From Eutreptiella sp. 'Long Island Sound 2002' (lineage: Eukaryota > Protista > Euglenida), in the NCBI GenBank assembly GCA_964036045.1, contig OZ038378.1:198462001-198526000 (forward strand): DNA of 64,000 nucleotides, read 5' to 3'. The position numbers were made by a program, and so were the translations under genes. Numbering within the stretch: position 1 is the stretch's first letter; every line of letters starts with the position of its first letter. A model generated the notes under the pieces. It saw only the letters and a list, made by a program, of their open reading frames with translations, searched no databases and had not been told where the DNA came from. This document shows, piece after piece, positions 48,803 to 59,699 of this stretch.

Positions 48803-51800
48803 TCACCTCGAAGAGGGTTGTTAGATCAAGCGCAGGCGCGTACGCCATATACCCCCCTTTTTTGGGGTCATTCGCGTAGGATACCTCAAGATATGGTACC
48901 AGATGTCCAACCCCTTGTAAAATCATCATTTTAGGAGAGAAAATGATCCCCCAATGAATTTTTCGATTTTGACCCCCCTACCCCCCCGTACCCGGGTACC
49001 CCTTTTTGGGGGGGTGGGTGGGGGGTGGGGGGGTGTCGGGGGGGGGGGGGTCAAAACTTCTTTCCGTATTCTGGGTGCTGTGTGTGGATTTGGACCCAGG
49101 TCCGGGGCAACTTTTTTCTTGTACATGGACCCCCTAACCCATGGCGGGGGTCCCGGGTCCGGACTCCGGGTACCCCCGGTCGCCCCCCCCTATGGGCCCT
49201 TGCTGGTGAGGACTTAGCCGTTTTCACGCTGGATAAGGCTGTTTAGTGACACCTGCAAGATTTCCGAAATTGGACTTTTTCGGAAACCCTTCTGTCGCCC
49301 CTGGGATGGGTTTGGGTGATGATTTAGTGACAATACGGGTACTTGAGCACCCATGGGGACCCTCATAGTGGCTGCCAAGCTCATATAGCCCTAGCCATGG
49401 CCCCCCCAAAAGCCCTGAAATTGCCGTTGTGTAGGCTGTTTAGTGACACCTGCAAGATTTCTGAAATTCGCCTTTTTCCGAAACCCTTCTGTTGCCCCTG
49501 GGATGGGTTTGGGTGATGATTTAGGGACAGTACGGGTACTTGAGCACCCATGGGGACCCACGTAGTGGCCACTGGGCCCGTCTAGCCCGAGCCATGGGCC
49601 CCCCGAAAGCTTCAAAATTGCCGTTTGTAGGTGGTTCAATGGCCTTTGGTGTGTGCACAAACTGCTTAAGCAGGTTTCCAGCCTCTACAGGTCAAAAATG
49701 GAAAATCACCTCGCAGAGGTTGTTAGATCAAAGCCAGGCAGGCGTATATAGGGGAAAACGCCACATACCCCCCATTTTGGGCCTATTCGCGGACCCTACC
49801 CCAAGGGGTTGAATTGTTAGTTTAACCCCTTCTAAAATCCTTATTTTGTCCAATAAACGCATCCCCCAATGAGTTTTTGGTCCGGACCCCCCCAGACCCC
49901 CCCCACTTGAAACCCACTTTTTAGGGGGGGGTGGGGGGGGGTGGGGGGGGGGGGGTGGGGGGGGGGTCAAAAATGTCGAAAAAATGACCCCCCCTTTTTT
50001 TGGGTCGAAAATCATGAATCTTTTGGTTTTTTTCGATTTTGAGCCGAAAAAGTGTTTCCGGGTCCCGACTCCATAGGGTTTGTATGGGGCGGAGTGGGAC
50101 GAGCGCTGATGCAGTTTATGCACTTTTCAGCCATTTTTGGTATGTTGGCGGTTTTGGCGACCTCGGTGACCCCGTGGTATCCACTCTGAGGGGTGCGAGT
50201 GGGGATGTTGTGACAATATATGCCTACTAGGATACGGAAGGACGTTTTTTGTGGTCTCTAGGCTTGCTTAGGGCCGTTCACAACCCGTGCCAAAGACGCG
50301 AAATGACTGTTTCCACCAATAATGGCCTAGTGAAGGGGCGGGTACACAACCTGCTTATGCAGTTTTTCACCGCGGACAGCTCAAAAATCGAAGTTTTTGA
50401 AACTTACTTTTTTGATATTGTGACCACCCAATATGATCATCCAAGGTATGTAAAGCATGTTTTATGCCGTATTTACACGTTTTTCACCCTATTTGGGTAT
50501 CAGGTCCGGGGGGGGGGGGGGGGGGGCTCCCAAGGGATTGGTACACAACCTGCTTATGCAGTTTTTCACCCCGGACAGCTCAAAAATGGAAGTTTTTGAA
50601 ACCTGTTTTTTTGATATTGTGACCACTTAAAATGACCATCCAAGGTATGTAAAGCATGTTTTAGGCCGTATTTACACGTTTTTCACCCTATTTGGGTATC
50701 AGGTCCGGGGGGGGGGGGGGGGGGGGGCTCCCAAGGGATTGGTACACAACCTGCTTATGCAGTTTTTCACCCTAGGCTGCTCAAAAATCGAAGTTTCCGA
50801 AACTTGTTTTTTTGATATTGTGATCACCTAAAATGATCATCCAAGGTATGTAAAGCATGTTTTAGGCCGTATTTATGTACTTTCCACCCTATTTTGGGTG
50901 TGTGTTGCTCGGGGTAGATTCTCTGCGAGGTGGACTTGCCGAAGGCAATAGAATCACCTCGCAGAGGTTGTTAGATCAAAGCCAGGCAGGCGTATATAGG
51001 GGAAAATGCCACATACCCCCCCATTTTGGCCTTTTTGGGCCTATTCGCGTACCCTACCCCAAGGGGTTGAATTGTTAGTTTAACCCCTTGTAAAATCATT
51101 ATTTTGTCCAATAATCGCATCCCCCAATGAGTTTTTGGTCCGGACCCCCCCAGACCCCCCCCACTTGAAACCCACTTTTTTGAGGTTTTCAAGGAGGGGG
51201 GGGGGTGGGGGGGGGTGGGGGGGGGGTCAAAAAATGACCCCCCCTTTTTTTGGGTCGGAAATCATGAATCTTTTGGTTTTTTTTCGATTTTGAGCCGAAA
51301 AAGTGTTTCCGGGTCCCGACTCTATGGGGTTTGTATGGGGCGGAGTGGGACGAGCGCTTATGCAGTTTATGCACTTTTCAGCCATTTTTGCTATGTTCGT
51401 CGACCTCGGTGACCCCGTGGTACCTACTCTGAGGGGTGCAAGTGGGGATGTTGTGACAGTATATGCCTACTAGGTTGTTAGATCAAAGCCATGTACACCT
51501 TTGTTGCATTGGGATCCGACAACATGTACGCATTGTGGGAACCGGATCTCGCTTGTGTAAACATTTGCATTGTCTAATATTGTGTTGCATTCCCATTCGG
51601 CTTGGCTTCATTGTCTCTTGGGTTGAATTGGCTGGGATCTTCATGTTTTCTCTAAGTCTGGAACGTCATTGTGTGACGTAGATCGGTCTTGAAGTTTTGT
51701 GGTGCGTGCGGTAATCACCTCGCAGAGGTTGTTAGATCAAAGCCAGGCAGGCGTATATAGGGGAAAATGCCACATACCCCCCCATTTTGGCCTATTTGGG

Positions 51801-53012
51801 CCTATTCGCGTACCCTACCCCAAGGGGTTGAATTGTTAGTTTAACCCCTTGTNNNNNNNNNNNNNNNNNNNNNNNNNNNNNNNNNNNNNNNNNNNNNNNN
51901 NNNNNNNNNNNNNNNNNNNNNNNNNNNNNNNNNNNNNNNNNNNNNNNNNNNNNNNNNNNNNNNNNNNNNNNNNNNNNNNNNNNNNNNNNNNNNNNNNNNN
52001 NNNNNNNNNNNNNNNNNNNNNNNNNNNNNNNNNNNNNNNNNNNNNNNNNNNNGATATTGTGACCACCCAAAATGACCATCCAAGCTATGTAAAGCATGTT
52101 TTAGGCCGTATTACATGTTTTTCACCCTATTTGGGTATCAGGTCGGGGGGGGGGGGGGGGGGCTCCCAAGGGACGGGTGCACAACCTGCCTATGCACTTT
52201 TTCACCCCGGACAGCTCAAAAATGGAAGTTTTTGAAACTTGTTTTTGTGATATTGTGATCACCTAAAATGACCATCCAAGGTATGTAAAGCATGTTTTAG
52301 GCCGCATTTACGTGTTTTTCACCCTATTTGGGTATTAGGTCCCGGGGGTGGGGGGGGGTCTCCCAAGGGATTGGTACACAACTTGCTAGTGCAGTTTTTC
52401 TCCTGGGCAGCTCAAAAATCGAAGTTTTCGAAACTTGTTTTTCTGATACCGTGATCACCTAAAATGATCATCCAAGGTATATAAAGCATGTCTTAGCCGG
52501 TATTTGTGTAGTTTCCACCCTATTTTGGGTGTGTGTTGCTCGCGGTAGATTCTCTGCGAGGTGGACTTGCCGAAGGCAATAGAATTTTCTGAAACTGATT
52601 TTTCTGATACTTTCACCATCCAAAATGATCAAATATCCTATGTAAAGCATGTTTTAGCCCCACTTTATGTATTTTTCACCCTATTTGGGTGTTTGGGGGG
52701 GGGGGGGCTCCCAAGGGGTCTAAGGCACAACCTGCTTATGCAGTTTTCCAGCCTTGGCAGCTCAAAATGGAAATTTCCAAAACTGATTTTTTTTATATTT
52801 CGACCATCCAAAATGATCAAATATGCTATGCAAAGCATGTTTTAGCCCCTCTTTATGTGTTTTTCACCCTATTTGGGTGTTGTTGGGGGGGGGGGGGGGT
52901 GGCACCCAAGGGGTCTAGAGCACAACCTGCTTGTGCAGTTTTCCAACCTCGGCAGCTCAAGAATGGTTGTCCCTCTCCCCTCTTCGAGGTGCCTTGCCGA
53001 AGGCAAATAGAA
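48803..53012 (+). mobile_element. Type-B HINE-like element containing several type-A copies
   Basis: 5' TCACCTCGAAGAG at 48803; 3' CTCTTCGAGGTG-CC-TTGCCGAAGGCAA-ATAGAA ending at 53012. Type-A 5' ends at 49706, 50954 and 51715; type-A 3' ends at 50953 and 52584. Confidence 0.8.
51853..52052. other. Assembly gap (200 N)
   Basis: Run of N within the repeat nest. Confidence 1.
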
Positions 53013-53350
53013 TTTCACGGAAGCCCCAGGATTTTCTGTGGTAAATCACCTCGAAGAGAGTTTGTTAGATCAAGCGCAGGCGCGGGCGTCATATACCCCC
53101 CTTTTTTGGGGTCATTCGCGTAGCATACCCCAAGGCATGATATTGGATGTCCAACCCCTTGTAAAATCATTATTTTGCCCAGTAAGACCATCCCCCAATG
53201 GATTTTTGATTTTGAGGCCTCTACCCCCTAAAACTGGATATCACTTTTTTGGGGGGTGGGGGGGGGCTGGGGGGGGTGTTGGGGGGGGGGGGGTCAAAAG
53301 TTTTTGCTTAATAGCCTACAAGCAGTGGCGACGCAAAGTGCGGATAACAC

Positions 53351-53425
53351 GGCCAGCGGTCCAGTGGTAAAGCATCCGAGTCGTGATTAGTAGGCGTCGG
53401 TTCGAATCCTGGTCTGCAGAATTTT
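53351..53425 (+). ncRNA. tRNA-like (pseudo-tRNA) unit, His-like GTG triplet, followed by TTTT
   Basis: A-box-like GGTCCAGTGGTAAAGC, B-box GGTTCGAATCC, T4 at 53422-53425. The anticodon stem does not pair. Confidence 0.55.
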
Positions 53426-53449
53426 AGCGCCGCCGCCGGCGGCGGCACC

Positions 53450-53525
53450 AAAATAGCCAAACTGGGGTTCGAACCGCCGACCTGGCTGGTACCGGTCGGC
53501 TGCTTTACCACTCGACCACTGCTTG
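53450..53525 (-). ncRNA. Second tRNA-like unit, inverted relative to the first
   Basis: Minus strand TGGTCGAGTGGTAAAGC (A-box) and GGTTCGAACCC (B-box), followed by TTTT (AAAA at 53450-53453 on plus). Confidence 0.55.
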
Positions 53526-53912
53526 GATTGCAGCGAAGGGCCTCCCTGCTGCTTGGGGCCGGCATCTGCCACTGACAAAAAACCCAAACTGTGTGTATCT
53601 GACTGACTGCCTGCTTGCTGGCTCAGGGACTGATTGGCTGACTGTCAGCCTCTCTTCGAGGTGCACTGCCGAAGGCAATAGAATTTGGCGGTCAATTCGA
53701 AAGATGAAATTTTCCACGTTCGTTTATTGCCCATGAAACCCAGGGGGGGGGGGCGTGGAAAAAATTCGTGTGAATTTTTTTCTGTACCCCCCCCCCCCTC
53801 CCTCCTCTGGGGTTACCCCCCGAAAAAAACTAGCACCCCCTGTAGGAATTTTTTTCCCAAGGAGGATTTGCATGTAACCTTCACTTTGCTACATTGTGCG
53901 CCATAAGGAAAA

Positions 53913-56900
53913 TCACCTCGCAGAGGTTGTTAGATCAAAGCCAGGCAGGCGTATATAGGGGAAAACGCCACATACCCCCCTTTTTGGGCCTATTCGCGTA
54001 CCCTACCCCAAGGGGTTGAATTGTTAGTTTAACCCCTTGTAAAATCATTATTTTGTCCAATAAACGCATCCCCCAATGAGTTTTTGGTCCGGACCCCCCC
54101 AGACCCCCCCCACTTGAAACCCACTTTTTGGGGGAGGGGTGGGGGTGGGGGTGGGGGGGGGGGTGGGGGGGGGTCAAAAATGTCGAAAAAATGACCCCCC
54201 TTTTTTGGGTCGAAAATCATGAATCTTTTGGTTTTTTTCGATTTTGAGCCGAAAAAGTGTTTCCGGTCCCGACTCCATAGGGTTTGTATGGGGCGGAGTG
54301 GGACGAGCGCTGATGCAGTTTATGCACTTTTCGGCCATTTTTGCTATGTTGGCAGTTTTGGCAACCTCGGTGACCTCGTGGTATCCACTTTGAGGGGTGC
54401 GAGTGGGGATGTTGTGACAATATATGCCTACTAGGATACGGAAGGACGTTTTTTGTGGTCTCTAGCCTTGCTTAGGGCCGTTCACAACCCGTGCCAAAGA
54501 CGCGAAATGACTGTTTCCACCAATAATGGCCTAGTGAATGGGCCGGTACACAACCTGCTTATGCGGTTTTTCACGCTGGGCAGCTCAAAAATTGAAGTTT
54601 TTGAAACTTGTTTTTTTTATATTGTGACCACCTAAAATGACGATCCAAGGTATGTAAAGCATGTTTTAGGCCGCATTTACGTGTTTTTCACCCTATTTGG
54701 GTATTGGCCGCATGCGGGGGGGGGTCTCCCAAGGGATGGGCACACAACCTGCTTATGCAGTTTTCCACCCTCGGCAGTTCAAAAATGGAAGTCACCTCGC
54801 AGAGGTTGTTAGATCAAAGCCAGACAGGCGTTTATAGGGGAAAACGCCACATACCCCCCCATTTTGGCCATTTTGGGCCTATTCGCGTACCCTACCCCAA
54901 GGGGTTGAATTGTTAGTTTAAATCCTTGTAAAATCATTATTTTGTCCAATAAACGCATCCCCCAATGAGTTTTTGGTCCGGACCCCCCCAGACCCCCCGC
55001 ACTTGAAACCCACTTTTTTTGGGGGGGGGGGGGGGGGCAAAATGTCGAAAAAAGACACCCCCTTTTTTTGGGTCGAAAATCATGAATCTTTTGGTTTTTT
55101 CGATTTTGAGCCGAAAAAGTGTTTCCGGGTCCCGACTCCATAGGGTTTGTATGGGGCGGAGTGGGACGAGCGCTGATGCAGTTTATGCACTTTTCAGCCA
55201 TTTTTGCTATGTTGGCAGTTTTGGCAACCTCGGTGACCCCGTGGTATCCACTTTGAGGGGTGCAAGTGGGGATGTTGTGACAATATATGCCTACTAGGAT
55301 ATGGAAGGACGTTTTTTGCAGTCTCTAGCCTTGCTTAGGGCCGTTCACAACCCGTGCCAAAGACGCGAAATGACTGTTTCCACCAATAATGGCCTAGTGA
55401 ATGGGCCGGTACACAACCTGCTTATGCGGTTTTTCACGCTGGGCAGCTCAAAAATCAAAGTTTTCGACACTTGTTTTTTTTGATGTTGTGACCACCTAAA
55501 ATGACCATCCAAGGTATGTAAAGCATGTTTTAGGCCGTATTTGCGTGTTTTTCATCCTATTTGGGTATTAGGTCCGGGGGGGGGGGGTCTCCCAAGGGAT
55601 TGGTACACAACCTGCTCATGCAGTTTTTCACCCCGGGCAGCTCAAAATGGAAGTCACCTCGCAGTGGTTGTTAGATCAAAGCCAGGCAGGCGTTTATAGG
55701 GGAAAACGCCACATACCCCCCCATTTTGGCATTTTTGGGCCTATTTGCGTACCCTACCCCAAGGGGTTGAATTGTTAGTTTAACCCCTTGTAAAATCATT
55801 ATTTTGTCCAATAAACGCATCCCCCAATGAGTTTTTGGTCTGGAGCCCCCCAGACCCCCCCACTTGAAACCCACTTTTTTAAGGTTTTGTGGGAGGGGGG
55901 GGGGTGGGGGGGTGGGGGTGGGGGGGGGGATACAAAAGGACTTTTTTTGCAGTCTGTAGCCTTGCTTAGGGCCGGTTAATGCCCGTGCCAAAGACGTGAA
56001 ATGTCTGTTTCCACCAATAATGGCCTAGTGAATGGGCCGGTACACAACCTGCTTATGCAGTTTTTCACCCCGGACAGCTCAAAAATCGAAGTTTTCGAAA
56101 CTTGTTTTTTTGATATTGTCATCACCTACAATGACCATCCAAGGTATGTAAAGCATGTTTTAGGCTGTATTTACGTGTTTTTCACTTTATTTGGGTATTG
56201 GGTGGGGGGGGGGGGGGGCTCCCAAGGGATGGGTACACAACCTGCTTGTGCAGTTTTTCACCCCGGGCAGCTCAAAAATCGAAGTTTCCGAAACTTGTTT
56301 TTTGGATATTGTGACCACTTAAAATGACCATCCAAGCTATGTAAAGCATGTTCTAGGCCGTATTTACGTGTTTTTCATCCGATTGGGTATTAGGTCCGGG
56401 GGGGGGGGGGTCTCCCAAGGGATTGGTACACAACCTGCTTATGCAATTTTTCGCCCTTGGCAGCTCAAAAATCGAAGTTTATGAAACTTGTTTTTTTGAT
56501 ATTGTGATCACCTAAAATGGCCATCCAAGGTATGTAAAGCATGTTTTAGGCCATAGTTACGTGTTTTTCACCCTATTTGGGTATTGGCTTGGGGGGGGGG
56601 CGGGCTTCCAAGGGATGGGTACACCCACAACCTGCTCATACAATTTTTTCACCCTGGGCAGCTCAAAAATCGAAGTTTTGGAAACTTATTTTTTTGATAT
56701 CGTGATCACGTAAAATGATCATCCAAGCTATGCAAAGCATGTTTTAGCCCGTATTTATGTACTTTATACCCTATTTTGGATGTGTGTTGCTTGGAGTAGA
56801 TGCTTTGCGAGGTGGACTTGCCGAAGGCAATAGAATTTTTGAAAGTTGTGTTTTTGATATTGTGACCACCTAAAATGACCATCCAAGCTATGTGAAGCAT

Positions 56901-58538
56901 TTTTTAGGCCGTATTTACATGTTTTCACCCTATTTGGGTATTAGGTCCAGGGGGGGGGGGTCTCCCAAGGGATTGGTACACAACCTGCTTATGCGGTTTT
57001 TCACCCCGGACAGCCGAAAAGTCGAAGTTTTTGAAACTTGTTTTTTTGATATTGTGACCACCTACAATGACCACCCAAGCTATGTAAAGCATGTTTTAGG
57101 CCGAATGTACATGTTTTTCACACTATTTGGGTATCAGGTCCGTTGGGGGGGGGGTCTCCCAAGGGATTGGTACACAACCTGCTTATGCAGCTTTTCACCC
57201 CGGACAGCCGAAAAATCGAAGTTTTTGAAACTTGTCTTTTTGATATTATGACCACCTAAAATGACCATCCAAGCTATGTAAAGCATGTTTTAGGCCGTAT
57301 GTACATGTTTTTCACACTATTTGGGTATCAGGTCCGGGGGGGGGGGGTCTCCCAAGGGATTGGTACACAACCTGCTTATGCAGTTTTTAACCCCGGACAG
57401 CTCAAAATCGAAGTTTTTGAATCTTGTTTTTTTCGATATTGTGACCACCTAAAATGACCATCCAAGGTATGTGAAGCATGTTTTAGCCCGTATTTATGTA
57501 GTTTTCACCCTATTTTGGGTGTGTGTTGCTCGGGGTAGATTCTCTGCGAGGTGGACTTGCCGAAGGCAATAGAATTTTTGAAACTTGTTTTTTTGATTTT
57601 CTGACCACCCAAAATGACCATCCAAGGTATGTAAAGCATGTTTTAGGCCGTATTTACATGCTTCTCACCCTATTTGGGTATTTGGTCTGGGGGGGGGGGG
57701 GTCTCCCAAGGGATTGGGCTTTTCAGCCATTTTTGCTATGTTGGCGGTTTTGGCGACCTCGGTGACCCCGTGGTACCCACTTTGAGGGGTGTGAGTGGGG
57801 ATATTGTGACAGTATATGCCTACTAGGATACGGAAGGACGTTTTTTGCAGTCTGTAGCTTTGCCTAGGGCTGTTCACAACGCGTGCCAAAGATGCGAAAT
57901 GGCTGTTTCAACCAATAATGGCCTAGTGAATGGGCCGGTACACAACCTGCTCATGCAGCTTTTCACCCCGGGCAGCTCAAAAATCGAAGTTTTCGAACTT
58001 TGTTTTTTTGACATTGTGACCACTCAAAATGATCATCCAAGCTAGTTACGCATGTTTTAGGCCGTGTTTACATGTTCTTCACCCTATTTGGGTATTGGCC
58101 GCATGGGGGGGGGGGGGGGGGGCTCCCAAGAGATTGGTACACAACCTGCTTTTGCAGTTTTTCACCCTAAGCAGCTCAAAAATCTAAGTTTTTGTAACTT
58201 GTTTTTTGGATATTGTGACCACTTGAAATCACCATTTAAGGTATGTAAAGCATGTTTTAGGCTGTATTTACATGTTTTTGACCCCATTTTGTTATTGGCC
58301 AAACGGGGGGTTCTCCAAGGGATTGGTACACAACCTGCTAATGCAGTTTTTCACCCTGGGCAGCTCAAAAATGTAAGTTTTCGAAATCTGTTTTTATGAT
58401 ATTGTGACCACTTAAAATGACCATTTAAGGTATGTCAAGCATGTTTTAGGCTGTATTTATGTGGTTTTCACCATAGTTCGGTATTAGGTCGCGGGGGGGG
58501 GGGGGGGCTCCCAGGGGATTGGTACACAACCTGCTTAT
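53913..58538 (+). mobile_element. Triple-nested type-A HINE array with ~190-bp tandem repeats
   Basis: 5' ends at 53913, 54792 and 55654; 3' ends at 56835 and 57574. Repeat period 193-198 bp measured at 56074, 56267, 56460 and 56658. The outermost copy is cut off at 58538. Confidence 0.85.
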
Positions 58539-58903
58539 TCAAAAATTGATCTTGTTAAATGCAATCGTCATCCTGCGGACAAGGGGCCCCTGGCGCGGGA
58601 TGGACTCCCACACGCCTTGTGTGGCCCCTTGAGATGGACTCTGAATGGGCAAATCATGACTACACACTTCTTCTTTGTGGCCCCTCCAGGCAATGGCCGG
58701 GCACCTCTCTTCATATAGGGGTGGGTGGGGTCTTAGGTCACCCACCGGGGGCGTTTACGCATTGTGGGAACCGGCTTGGATCTCCGTTGTGTGAACCGCC
58801 TTGGAGGCCTTTTTTATTTTGTTAACTACACCATCAAAGTGTTCTCATTAGGGACCGGTGCAAAATTATGAAGGTTAACCTCGTAGGCCGGATACCCAAC
58901 TGT

Positions 58904-59066
58904 GAGGACGAGGCCCTTCACCTATGACCCCATGTGTATTGCGCGTGGAGGATTTATATTACCTATTGTACCTATAAGATACTCAACTAGGAGGACGAGG
59001 CCCTTCACCTATGACCCCATGTGTACTACGCGTGGAGGCTTTATATTACCTATTGTACCTATAAGA
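58904..59066 (+). repeat. 87-bp direct repeat x2 upstream of the Helitron ORF
   Basis: GAGGACGAGGCCCTTCACCTATGACCCCATGTGTA...CCTATTGTACCTATAAGA at 58904 and 58991. Confidence 0.9.
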
Positions 59067-59699
59067 CCCATATCACCCATAGGCTCTATAGCACCTATGC
59101 AACGTGTGGGACTCATATGACCAAAACAACCTATGGCACCAATGACACCCACCCACCTATATGACATGTAGCACCTAAAAACCTACGGGACCTATTAAAC
59201 CTATAGGAGATGAATTTAAGGTAAACAGCATGCAACCTTCTTTGGAATGCCTTTGGGATTATTTGGGTCTACCTATTGGGTGCAGTGATCACATACGGCA
59301 AGCACTCAAACTCATCAAACAGCAAAGGGGAATGAAGTTCAAAGTTAAGTGCACCATGTCATCTACATATTGAGGTCTTATGTGTCCTATAGGTCTTATA
59401 TCGTAGATAGGAGGTAGAGGTGTTATAGCTCTTATAAGTTATGTAAATGCCATAGGCCCTGTTGGTGCTGTAGGTGCTATAGGTGTAATAGGCCCGGTAC
59501 TTGTGATGGGTTGTGTATGTCCTGTATGTCCTACTAACGTGTGTTCCCCCACCCTTCGCTCATCGTTCATTGCTCGAGAATGTTTATCATGCATTGTGTC
59601 TTTTGTTCTTTCAGGATCTTTGTCTTAGGGTGCTCTTGCACTTTTCTGTCAACTTTGCCTTGATCTTCGATTGACGGACTACCATCCAGTCCATAAAGA

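Larger units (their letters stand above)
53046..53683 (+). mobile_element. Short complete type-B HINE carrying two convergent tRNA-like units
   Basis: 5' TCACCTCGAAGAG and 3' CTCTTCGAGGTG-CA-CTGCCGAAGGCAA-TAGAA. No 190-bp repeats inside. Confidence 0.8.

Noticed and set aside
53351-53525. Functional tRNA genes
   Set aside because: The anticodon and T stems do not pair properly and the units lie inside a mobile element, so I called them pseudo-tRNAs.
48803-58538. Tandem arrays as a CRISPR-like locus
   Set aside because: The whole ~190-bp unit is repeated, with no unique spacers and no cas genes; the context is eukaryotic and transposon-derived.
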